25,831 bases of DNA. Source: Acidimicrobiales bacterium. GTDB lineage: Bacteria > Actinomycetota > Acidimicrobiia > Acidimicrobiales > Acidimicrobilacustridaceae. The notes below the pieces were generated by a model. It saw only the letters and a program-made list of their open reading frames with translations. It was not told where the DNA came from and searched no databases. The DNA lies in the NCBI GenBank assembly GCA_038235385.1, contig JBBSTY010000048.1:1-25831 (forward strand), in the 5' to 3' direction. The position numbers and the translations under genes were made by a program. Of this stretch, positions 9,017-18,906 are shown one piece after another (position 1 is the stretch's first letter; every line of letters begins with the position of its first letter).

Positions 9017-9100
9017 CGTCGGACCCTACCCAGGGCGGAGGGTCGGAGGCGGAGGGCAAGCCCGTGGTGCTCCGACGAGCGCGGTCGGCGAGGCCGGTGC

Positions 9101-11086
9101 TCAGGCGTCGAGCGCCGACCGGAGGAAGTCGCGCACCCCGTCCACCTGGGTCATGGTCCAACCCGCTGCCAGGTGATGGCGATCGACGTAGATCGGGATG
9201 CCGTCGTCGAAGATGGTGCAGCGGCCGTCCACGCAGAAGCCGGCGGTCGGGTCGAAGCTCGCCACCCCGCCGAGGTCCTCCGCAGCCGATCGCTCCGCGG
9301 CGCGTGCGGTTCCGACGATGCGCAGCGCGTCCGCCTCGGGCGTCTCGCAGTCGCTGATGTCGTTGCCGGGCCTCGTGAGGCAGATGAGGGGATCGAGGTT
9401 CTGCGCCGGGTCGTCGATGATCCAGGCGGCGCGGCTCCCGGCGGCGCGGATCTCGTCCACCTGCTGCTCGAACGCGGCCTGCCACGCCTGGGCCTGGCCT
9501 GCCTCGTCGAGACCGTTGCCCTCCGCATCGGTCACGTCGGCGATGCCCTCGCCGTAGTTCGACAGCACCACCAGATCGGGATCGTGGGTGCGGATCGCGT
9601 CCGCGGTCGCGGCACGGAACGCGGCGCACCCGGCATCGAGCCTCGACGTGGTGCGGACGGGTATCGATTGGCAGCTGCCACGCCACCGGACCAGCAGGCG
9701 CACGTTCAGGTCCTGCGCCGCACGGTCGAACGCGTCGATCCAGTGGCGAGCGTGGGAGTCGCCGATGAGCATCACCGTGGTGTCCGACGTGAGGTCGCCG
9801 GTCTCGCAGAGGTCGACCTGCAGGCCGTCGAACTCGGGCGAGCACACGTCCACCGAGCGGTTGTCCTTCATCGTCTTGTAGGTGGCGTACGGCTCCTGCT
9901 CGAGGGTGCGCATGGACATCGCGCCGGCCCCCCCGGCGACGAGGAGCGTGACCAGCGTGACCCCCAACGCCATGGTGTAGGTGAGCGGGAGCGAAGCGGT
10001 GAGTCGTCGGTTGAAGCGGACCGGGTTCTCGAACCAGTGGTACACCGCGGCGGCGACGGGGAGCGCGAGCAGCGCGGCGATGAGTCGAACGATCACTCGA
10101 TCGTCATCGAGCCACGCCACCGCGAGGATGATGAACGGCCAGTGCCAGAGGTACCAGGAGTACGAGACGCGCCCGACCCACTGCATCGGCCGCGAGGCGA
10201 GCACCTTGAAGACGGGGACGCTCGGGTCGCCCGTCCCGGCGATGATGAGCAGCAGCGTGGCGGCGACGGGGATCGTGGCCCAGAAGCTCGGGTAGGGCAG
10301 CGCCTGATCGAAGGCGATCGTCGCGTAGGCGAGCAGGCACGCGCCGACGACGTACAGCGCGAGCCGCACCCAACGGGTCAGCAGCCGCGTCGGGATGGTG
10401 ACGGTGGCCAGGATCCCCGCGATGGCGAACTCCCACGCCCGTGTCGGGAGGGTGAAGAAGTCGAACGGCCGCTCGAGGGTGCTGAGCTGGACGGCCAGAC
10501 CGAGTGACACCACGACACCGATCGCGAACACCACGATCAGCGCCGTGCGCACGCGCTCGCGGTTGCGCCGGCAGGCGGCGAGGACGATCGCGACGGCCAC
10601 GGGCCACACCAGGTAGAACTGCTCCTCGACGCCGAGCGACCAGGTGTGCAGGAAGGGGCTCGACTCGGCGGCGAGGTCGAAGTACCCGAAGGTCGTGACC
10701 GCGAAGAAGATGTTCGAGACGTAGAGCGCGGCGGCTGCGCCCTGCGCGGCGAACCTGGGCAGTTCGAGCGGTGACAGGATCAGCGTCGACGCGATGAGGG
10801 TCGCGATGACCAGCACCGCGAGCGCAGGGATGAGCCGACGGGCGCGCCGCGCCCAGAACGCGAGGAGGCCGACGCGGCTGCTGGTGCCGGCCTCGGCGAC
10901 GAGGTTGCGGGTGATCAGGTACCCGGAGATGACGAAGAAGACATCGACGCCGACGAAGCCTCCGGAGAAGCCGCCGACGTGGGCGTGGAAGGCCACGACG
11001 AGCACGATGGCGATCGCTCGGATGCCATCGACATCACCCCGGAAGGAGCCGTGGCGGCGTGGTGTGGGCGCAGGAGCGACAGTCAT
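9101..11086 (-). CDS. acyltransferase family 3 (OatA-like) membrane O-acyltransferase with C-terminal SGNH hydrolase domain, 661 aa
   Basis: The start is AT3-like: GDVDGIRAIAIVLVVAFHAHVGGFSGGFVGVDVFFVISGYLIT. It has about 10 TM helices. The C-terminal soluble domain carries a GDSH block (MLIGDSHARHW) and a DxxH-like block (DRHH), as in SGNH hydrolases. Confidence 0.85.
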   Translation of the reverse strand: MTVAPAPTPRRHGSFRGDVDGIRAIAIVLVVAFHAHVGGFSGGFVGVDVFFVISGYLITRNLVAEAGTSSRVGLLAFWARRARRLIPALAVLVIATLIASTLILSPLELPRFAAQGAAAALYVSNIFFAVTTFGYFDLAAESSPFLHTWSLGVEEQFYLVWPVAVAIVLAACRRNRERVRTALIVVFAIGVVVSLGLAVQLSTLERPFDFFTLPTRAWEFAIAGILATVTIPTRLLTRWVRLALYVVGACLLAYATIAFDQALPYPSFWATIPVAATLLLIIAGTGDPSVPVFKVLASRPMQWVGRVSYSWYLWHWPFIILAVAWLDDDRVIVRLIAALLALPVAAAVYHWFENPVRFNRRLTASLPLTYTMALGVTLVTLLVAGGAGAMSMRTLEQEPYATYKTMKDNRSVDVCSPEFDGLQVDLCETGDLTSDTTVMLIGDSHARHWIDAFDRAAQDLNVRLLVRWRGSCQSIPVRTTSRLDAGCAAFRAATADAIRTHDPDLVVLSNYGEGIADVTDAEGNGLDEAGQAQAWQAAFEQQVDEIRAAGSRAAWIIDDPAQNLDPLICLTRPGNDISDCETPEADALRIVGTARAAERSAAEDLGGVASFDPTAGFCVDGRCTIFDDGIPIYVDRHHLAAGWTMTQVDGVRDFLRSALDA

Positions 11087-11377
11087 GGGTTCTGACGTGG
11101 TTGCCGAGCCCGACAGGTCCGGAAGGAAGGATCCTAGCCGAGCCCAACGGGGGATCAGGGTGGGGATCGGGAGGGAGCCGCCCGACGATCCCGACCGCGA
11201 GGTCGGAAGGCCGAAGGCCGAGGGCTGGTGCTCGCCGGCGCCCGCGTAGGTGCGGCCGCTCGGCCCTCGGCGACACGTTCCGACGAGGCGAGCTCTCCCA
11301 CGACGGCATGTGAGGTCCGCCAGGAAGCCCGCCTAGAGTCGAGCGACGCACCACCGACGAACGGCAACGGAAGATCA

Positions 11378-13606
<2,229 letters not shown>

Positions 13607-13620
13607 CCCCACCCCCCCCA

Positions 13621-13740
13621 ATCGAACATGCGTAGCTCCGCGGCGTCGGGCGTGATCTGGCGACGCATGTTGGCGGGTACCGCTGAACATGCGTCGCTCC
13701 GCGGTGTCGGGCGCGGCGCGGCGACGCATGTTGGTGGGCG
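13621..13740. repeat. two adjacent copies of a palindromic repeat (arms AACATGCGT[A/C]GC ... GCGACGCATGTTGG, variable ~23-26 nt loop) immediately 3' of icd
   Basis: Copy 1 is about 13625-13675 and copy 2 about 13686-13735. A C-tract (CCCACCCCCCCC) precedes them. The same arms recur at 23760-23925. Confidence 0.6.
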
Positions 13741-13802
13741 GGCGAGGTTGGCATCGCGCCGATCGCGACGGCACGATGGGAGGGCGGAACCGGAGGTTTG
13801 CG

Positions 13803-14036
13803 ATGCGCGTCTGGATCGACCAGGACCTGTGTACGGGAGACGGGTTGTGCACCGACCACTGTCCCGAGGTCTTCGTGATCCTCGAGGACGGGATCTCCTA
13901 CGTCCGCGACGAGCGCGGCGTGCACCACGATCCCGGTGGCCCGTCCGACATCGCCGAGGTCCGACCCGGGCTCGAGGACGCCGTGATCGTCTCCGCCTCC
14001 GACTGCCCGGGCGAGTGCATCTTCATCGAGGTGTGA
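13803..14036 (+). CDS. small ferredoxin (77 aa), single-cluster type
   Basis: C-x-x-D-x-x-C-x-x-x-C-P (CTGDGLCTDHCP) plus a distal Cys-Pro (DCPGECIFIE). This matches the Asp-variant single-cluster ferredoxin motif (Pyrococcus furiosus type), so the cluster may be [3Fe-4S] or [4Fe-4S]. GGAGG lies 6 nt before ATG 13803. The upstream part of the track ORF (from 13689) overlaps the repeat and is not coding. Confidence 0.8.
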   Translation: MRVWIDQDLCTGDGLCTDHCPEVFVILEDGISYVRDERGVHHDPGGPSDIAEVRPGLEDAVIVSASDCPGECIFIEV

Positions 14037-14087
14037 TCGCCGTGCGGTGAGCGAGCACCGCGCCGAGCCAGCGGGCAGACTCGATGG

Positions 14088-14942
14088 ATGGACGAGCAGC
14101 GATCGCACCTGGCGCCGTCGGCGGATGAGCAGCGAGCGCACGTGCGGTCCACCTTCGACGACGTCGCCGACACCTACGACGCGGTCGGCGTCGACTTCTT
14201 CGGGCCCATCGGGGCTGGGCTCGTCGCCGAACTGGCGCCGAACCCCGGCGAGCGGGCGCTCGACATCGGGTGCGGACGGGGGGCCGCGCTGTGGCCCCTC
14301 ATCGACGGCGTCGGCCCGACGGGACACGTCACCGGCATCGATCTCTCGCCGGGCATGGTCGAGCGCACCGCCGCTGACCTCGCGGCCCGCGCCGACACGG
14401 CCAGCGCCGAGGTGCGGGTGGGCGACGCCCAGGCTCCCGGGGTGCCGGCGCGCTCGGTCGACCTCGTGGCGTCGTCGTTGGTGCTGTTCTTCCTCCCGGA
14501 CCCGGCGGCCGCGCTCGCTGCGTGGCGTGAGGCCCTCGCCGACGGAGGGCGGGTCGGCGTCGCCACCTTCGGTCCGTTCGACGACGCGTGGTGCGAGGTC
14601 GAGCGCGTGTTCTCGCCCTACCTCCCGCCGAACATGGCCGACCCCCGCACACGGGTCGGTGGTCCCTTCGCCACCGACGCCACCATGGAGGAGCTCCTCG
14701 CCCATGCCGGCTACCGGGAGATCCGAACCGCGACCTGGTCGATGCCCGTGCGCTTCGACGACATCGCCCACTGGGAAGCCTGGACCTGGTCGACGGGGCA
14801 ACGGCGGATGTGGTCGGCGGTCCCGCTCGACGAGCGTGATGCGGTTCGAGCGCTCGCCGCGGAGCGGCTCGAGGCGTGCCGAGATCCCCAGGGGCGCATG
14901 GGTTTCCAACAGGGCGTGCGCTACACGCTCGGCCTCCGCTGA
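14088..14942 (+). CDS. class I SAM-dependent methyltransferase (284 aa)
   Basis: Motif I LDIGCGRGA, a post-I acidic residue (GIDLSPGMV) and a Methyltransf_11/25-like layout. Confidence 0.8.
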   Translation: MDEQRSHLAPSADEQRAHVRSTFDDVADTYDAVGVDFFGPIGAGLVAELAPNPGERALDIGCGRGAALWPLIDGVGPTGHVTGIDLSPGMVERTAADLAARADTASAEVRVGDAQAPGVPARSVDLVASSLVLFFLPDPAAALAAWREALADGGRVGVATFGPFDDAWCEVERVFSPYLPPNMADPRTRVGGPFATDATMEELLAHAGYREIRTATWSMPVRFDDIAHWEAWTWSTGQRRMWSAVPLDERDAVRALAAERLEACRDPQGRMGFQQGVRYTLGLR

Positions 14943-15048
14943 CCGGCGTCTCCAGGGCACGGAGGAGCGGTTCCACCGACGAGCGATGACATCCACGATG
15001 TGGCAACGTCGGAGCTGGCGGGGAGAACAAACCACGAAGGAGCTCACC

Positions 15049-15822
15049 ATGACGAAACTCGATTCGATCGCACTCGGCGATCCCTGCTGGATCGATCTCA
15101 TGACCTCGGACATCGCCTCGACCCGGGCGTTCTACACCGGGTTGTTCGGATGGCAATCCGACGAACCGAACGAGGAGTTCGGGGGCTACGTCAACTTCAC
15201 CCGGGAGGGCCGCCGCATCGCGGGGGTCATGGGAAACCCGGGCGATGGCGTTCCCGACGTCTGGTCGACCTACCTCGCGGTGGAGGACGCGAACGCCTCG
15301 TGCAGGGCGGTCGAGGCCGCCGGTGGAGCGGTGATGGTTCCCGCCATGGAGGTGGGCACGCTCGGCGCCATGGCGGTGGTCACCGATGTCGGTGGTGCGG
15401 CGATCGGCATGTGGCAACCGGGCGAGCACAAGGGGTTCGGCGCCGCCGGCGCGCCGGGCGCCCCCGGGTGGTTCGAGCTGCTCACGAGGTCCTACGAGCC
15501 GACGCTGGCGTTCTACCGTGACGCCTTCGGCTGGGACCTCCACACCCTGAGCGACGAGCCCGAGTTCCGGTACACGACGTTGCACGGCGAGGAGGCCGTG
15601 GCCGGGATCATGGATGCAGGTTCCTTCCTCCCCGAGGGGGTGCCCGCCCACTGGGCGGTCTACTTCGCCGTGGCCGACACCGACACCTCGGCGGCCAGGG
15701 TCGTCGAGCTCGGCGGTTCGATCGAGGCACCCCCCGAGGACACCCCGTACGGACGCGTGGCCACCGTCGTCGATCCCACCGGAGCGCGCTTCAAGATCAC
15801 TGCGCCGGTCGGCGAGAGCTGA
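15049..15822 (+). CDS. VOC/glyoxalase-bleomycin-resistance family protein, two tandem VOC domains (258 aa)
   Basis: Two repeats of the pattern W..L...D...AFY...FGW and GG. AAGGAG lies 7 nt before ATG 15049. The 591-aa track ORF from 14047 is a frame run-through over the methyltransferase gene. Confidence 0.8.
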   Translation: MTKLDSIALGDPCWIDLMTSDIASTRAFYTGLFGWQSDEPNEEFGGYVNFTREGRRIAGVMGNPGDGVPDVWSTYLAVEDANASCRAVEAAGGAVMVPAMEVGTLGAMAVVTDVGGAAIGMWQPGEHKGFGAAGAPGAPGWFELLTRSYEPTLAFYRDAFGWDLHTLSDEPEFRYTTLHGEEAVAGIMDAGSFLPEGVPAHWAVYFAVADTDTSAARVVELGGSIEAPPEDTPYGRVATVVDPTGARFKITAPVGES

Positions 15823-15891
15823 TCGTCGCCGAACCGACGCGGTCCGGCCCCGGCCCGGGCTCGGCGGTGAGCCGGTGCGTCGCATCCGGCG

Positions 15892-15954
15892 GCCAGCTCG
15901 GCCGGCTCGGCCGGCTCGGCCGGCTCGGCCGGCTCGGCCGGCTCGGCCGGCTCC
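15892..15954. repeat. microsatellite: 9-bp unit GCCGGCTCG x ~7 (5 perfect, 2 variant) in the VOC-corA intergenic region
   Basis: Read directly from the sequence. The two variants are gccagctcg at the 5' end and gccggctcc at the 3' end. Confidence 0.85.
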
Positions 15955-16092
15955 GCCGTTCGGCGTAGGGTCGTGGGTTCGAGCGCCGTCATCGGGTGCC
16001 GTCGCGACCCACGGCCGGCCCGTCGACGGTCCGGAGGCGAGACCGGCGCCCGTCGACGGCGACCGCCGACGACCAGCGATCGGGGGAGGGCG

Positions 16093-17130
16093 ATGACCAG
16101 CACCGACCACGACCCGACCCGTTCGGCGATCGATCACAAGATCGGCGATTGCGGCGTGTACGAGAACGGCCGTCGCCGTCCGGGGCGGATCCCGTTGGAC
16201 CAGGCCGGCGAGGCGGCCCGATCCACCGACGGGTTCGTGTGGATCGGGCTCCAGCAACCGACCGCCGAGGAGCTGGGTGTGGTGGCCGAGGAGTTCCGGC
16301 TGCCCGACCTGGCGGTCGAGGACGCCGTTCGCGCCCACCAACGTCCGAAGCTCGAGGTGTACGGCGAGTGCGTCTTCGTGGTGCTCAAGCCGGTGCGCTA
16401 CGTCGACCACATCGAGATCGTGGAGGTGAGCGAGATCGCCATCTTCGTCGGCGCCAACTTCGTGGTCACCGTCCGTCACGGTGAGAGTCCGGTGCTCGGT
16501 CAGGTGCGGGCCGAGCTCGATCGCGGCTCGGACCTGCTCGTCCACGGCCCGACCTCGGTGCTCTACCGCGCGGCCGACCTCGCGGTCGACGGCTACGAGC
16601 AGGTGCTCGTGTCGATCGACGAGGACGTCGACGAGATCGAGCTCGAGGTCTTCGGCCCCGACGAGCGCCAGCACGCCGAGCGCATCTACAAGCTCAAGCG
16701 CGAGATCGCCGAGTTCCGCCGGGCGGTGCTGCCGCTGGGCATGCCGCTGCAACGCCTGGTGGATCGGGCGGTCCCCGGCATCGACCCCGCAGCGGCACCG
16801 TTCTTCCGCGACGTCCACGACCACCTCCTGCGGGCCTCCGACTCGATCGAGGGCCACGACCGCCTGCTCACCGACATCCTCCAGGCCGACCTGGCCCGGG
16901 TCGGGGTGCGCCAGAGCGAGATCGCCATGCGCCAGAACGAGGACATGCGCAAGATCTCGGCGTGGGCGGCCATCGCACTGCTCCCCACGGCCGTTGCGGG
17001 GATCTACGGCATGAACTTCGAGCACATGCCCGAGCTCGGGTACGAGTACGGCTACTTCGTGGTGATCGGCCTCATCTTCACCGGGTGCATCACCCTCTAC
17101 GTGTCGTTCCGCCGCAACGGCTGGCTCTGA
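16093..17130 (+). CDS. corA: magnesium/cobalt transporter CorA (345 aa)
   Basis: The C-terminus has two TM helices with a YGMNFEHMPEL signature (GMN motif). GGGGGAGGG is the SD before ATG 16093. The track ORF from 15973 has a spurious N-terminal extension. Confidence 0.9.
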   Translation: MTSTDHDPTRSAIDHKIGDCGVYENGRRRPGRIPLDQAGEAARSTDGFVWIGLQQPTAEELGVVAEEFRLPDLAVEDAVRAHQRPKLEVYGECVFVVLKPVRYVDHIEIVEVSEIAIFVGANFVVTVRHGESPVLGQVRAELDRGSDLLVHGPTSVLYRAADLAVDGYEQVLVSIDEDVDEIELEVFGPDERQHAERIYKLKREIAEFRRAVLPLGMPLQRLVDRAVPGIDPAAAPFFRDVHDHLLRASDSIEGHDRLLTDILQADLARVGVRQSEIAMRQNEDMRKISAWAAIALLPTAVAGIYGMNFEHMPELGYEYGYFVVIGLIFTGCITLYVSFRRNGWL

Positions 17131-17189
17131 CCGCCGAGCTCGGCGGGGCGCGTGGGGTCGGGTGGTGGAGCCGCCGCTACGCTCCGGCG

Positions 17190-18794
17190 GTGTCCGAGCC
17201 CTGGGTGCGATTCGAGGACGAGCATCTGCTGGCGGTCGACAAGCCGGCAGGGGTCAACACGCACCGGGCCGACGACCACGCCCAGGACGGCATGTACGAG
17301 TGGGTGCAGTCCCAGCGGCCGGACGTCCGGTTGTCGATCCTGCACCGCCTCGACAAGGCGACGTCCGGGTTGCTCGTGTTCGGCACCTCGCGCGCCGCGA
17401 ACCAGTCGATCACGGGTCAGTTCGAGGAACGCACCGTGGCCAAGCGCTACCAGCTCCTCGTGGAGCGCGACGAGAAGCGCCGCAGCCGCCTGAGCTGCGA
17501 CGACCCGATCGAGCGGACGCGTGGGGGGCGGCGCGACGCGCATCTGCTCGAGGCCTCCACCGACTTCGAGCGCAAGGCGGTGGGCCCCCGTGTCGAGCGG
17601 TTCGTCGCCCGTCCCCACAGCGGGCGCACCCACCAGGTGCGCATCCATGCCGCCGCGCTGGGGATGGCGATCATCGGCGACCGCGATCGTGGCGGTGCCG
17701 ATGGCGCCCGAGTCTTCCTGCACGCCGCCGGGCTGCGTCTCGACCACCCGGCGCGAGGCTCGTTGGACCTCTCGTCCGATCGGCCGCAGAGCTTCGATCG
17801 GGTGCTCGACGGCGCGTCCGCCGATCATGCGCCCATCGCAGCCCACGTCGCGCTCGAGGCGCGCACCACGCTCTTCGATCCGGCCGACACCGACTGCTAC
17901 CTGTGGATCGATCGTCATCACGACGGGTTCGCCGACCTGCGGGTCGAGCGGCTCGGCGACACCGCGCTCGTCCTCACCTACACCGATGCGCGCTCGGGGT
18001 CCTCGCCGACCTCCTCGATCCCGGACTCGTGGCTCGACGCCTGGTCCGAGGCCGCCGAGCTCACCTCGGTCTACGAGCAGCGACGGCCGCGTGGCGGCGG
18101 CGGCGGTCCGGCCCGCCTGCTCCGCGGCGCCGATCGGCCTCGTTCCACCGTCGTCGAGCACGGGCTGCGGTACCAGCTCGACCTCACGGCCAGTGCCACA
18201 TCGAGCGGGCTCTTCCTCGACCAGCGCGAGGCACGGCGGCGACTCCTCGGCTCGTCGCTCGCCGGGTCCACGGTGCTCAACGCCTTCGCCCACACCGGTT
18301 CGCTGAGCGTGGCGGCGGCCAAGGCCGGCGCCGAGACGCTCACCCTCGACCTGAGCCCGCACTACCTCGACTGGGCCCGCGAGAACCTGCGGCTCAACGA
18401 CCTCGACCCTGTCGACCACGACTTCATCTACGGCGATGCCCTGCAGTGGATGGATCGGCTCGCCCGCAAGGGCCGGGTGTTCGACCTCGTGCTCGTCGAC
18501 CCGCCCAGCACCAGCACCACCGGCAAGCGGGGCGCGACCCGTTGGGTGGTCGAGCGCGACCTGCACGAGCTCGTCCGCCGTGCCGCCGAACTGACCGCGC
18601 CCGGCGGCAGCATCTACGTCTCGACCAACCTGCGCCGCATGACCTGGCCGACCTTCCTCGACCACCTGCAGGCCGGCCTCGTCGCCGCCGACCGCACGGC
18701 AACCGTCGAGACCACCACCCTGCCCCTCGATCACCGCAGCGGCCCCGGCGATCCCGCCTACCTCAAGGGCGCCTGGATCCGTCTCGACGGCTGA
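17190..18794 (+). CDS. fusion protein: RluA-family pseudouridine synthase (N-terminal ~300 aa) + RlmI/RlmK-like class I SAM-dependent RNA methyltransferase (C-terminal ~300 aa); start uncertain (GTG 17190 proposed; ORF open from 16962)
   Basis: N-terminal half: EPWVRFEDEHLLAVDKPAGVNTH...RLDKATSGLLVFGTSRAANQS...KRYQLLV carries the RluA catalytic-Asp motif (HRLDxxTSG). C-terminal half: GLFLDQREARRRL...VLNAFAHTGSLSVAAAKAGA...FDLVLVDPPS...GSIYVSTN matches RlmI-type m5C rRNA methyltransferases. There is no stop between the halves in this sequence. Confidence 0.7.
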   Translation: MSEPWVRFEDEHLLAVDKPAGVNTHRADDHAQDGMYEWVQSQRPDVRLSILHRLDKATSGLLVFGTSRAANQSITGQFEERTVAKRYQLLVERDEKRRSRLSCDDPIERTRGGRRDAHLLEASTDFERKAVGPRVERFVARPHSGRTHQVRIHAAALGMAIIGDRDRGGADGARVFLHAAGLRLDHPARGSLDLSSDRPQSFDRVLDGASADHAPIAAHVALEARTTLFDPADTDCYLWIDRHHDGFADLRVERLGDTALVLTYTDARSGSSPTSSIPDSWLDAWSEAAELTSVYEQRRPRGGGGGPARLLRGADRPRSTVVEHGLRYQLDLTASATSSGLFLDQREARRRLLGSSLAGSTVLNAFAHTGSLSVAAAKAGAETLTLDLSPHYLDWARENLRLNDLDPVDHDFIYGDALQWMDRLARKGRVFDLVLVDPPSTSTTGKRGATRWVVERDLHELVRRAAELTAPGGSIYVSTNLRRMTWPTFLDHLQAGLVAADRTATVETTTLPLDHRSGPGDPAYLKGAWIRLDG

Positions 18795-18848
18795 TCACCG
18801 GTCCGACTCGAGCGTTCGCGCCCGCTCGCGACACAGAGCTCCTGCGCG

Positions 18849-18879
18849 CAGAGCTCCCGCGCTCGGCGCGGGAACTCTG
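18849..18879. terminator. 14-bp stem hairpin (CAGAGCTCCCGCGC-tcg-GCGCGGGAACTCTG, one mismatch) between the convergent RluA-RlmI fusion gene and the - membrane protein gene
   Basis: Read directly from the sequence. It is followed by TTGGTGG. There is also a local direct repeat, cagagctcc x2. Confidence 0.35.
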
Positions 18880-18906
18880 TTGGTGGGCGCCGAGATCGTT
18901 GCGGGG

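Noticed and set aside
8379-10507. 488-aa and 677-aa ORFs overlapping the DMFase-like and acyltransferase genes
   Set aside because: Alternative-frame artefacts. The AT3-SGNH and DMFase-like frames have specific motifs.
15892-15954. CRISPR array (considered for the 9-bp array and for the 115-bp tandem units at 23719-23950)
   Set aside because: The 9-mers are contiguous with no spacers. The 115-bp units are a simple two-copy tandem duplication without the repeat-spacer alternation of CRISPR, and there are no cas genes.
15823-16092. Possible Mg2+ (M-box/ykoK) riboswitch upstream of corA
   Set aside because: I could find no M-box-like conserved core in the 270-bp leader. The region is dominated by a 9-bp microsatellite and is very GC-rich. 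It is not callable from the sequence.
14329-17025. 898-aa ORF on the minus strand spanning the methyltransferase, VOC and corA genes
   Set aside because: It is antisense to three well-supported genes. The product is Arg/Pro/Gly-rich low-complexity sequence (RAGRAGRAG...) with no start context. This is a typical GC-driven artefact.
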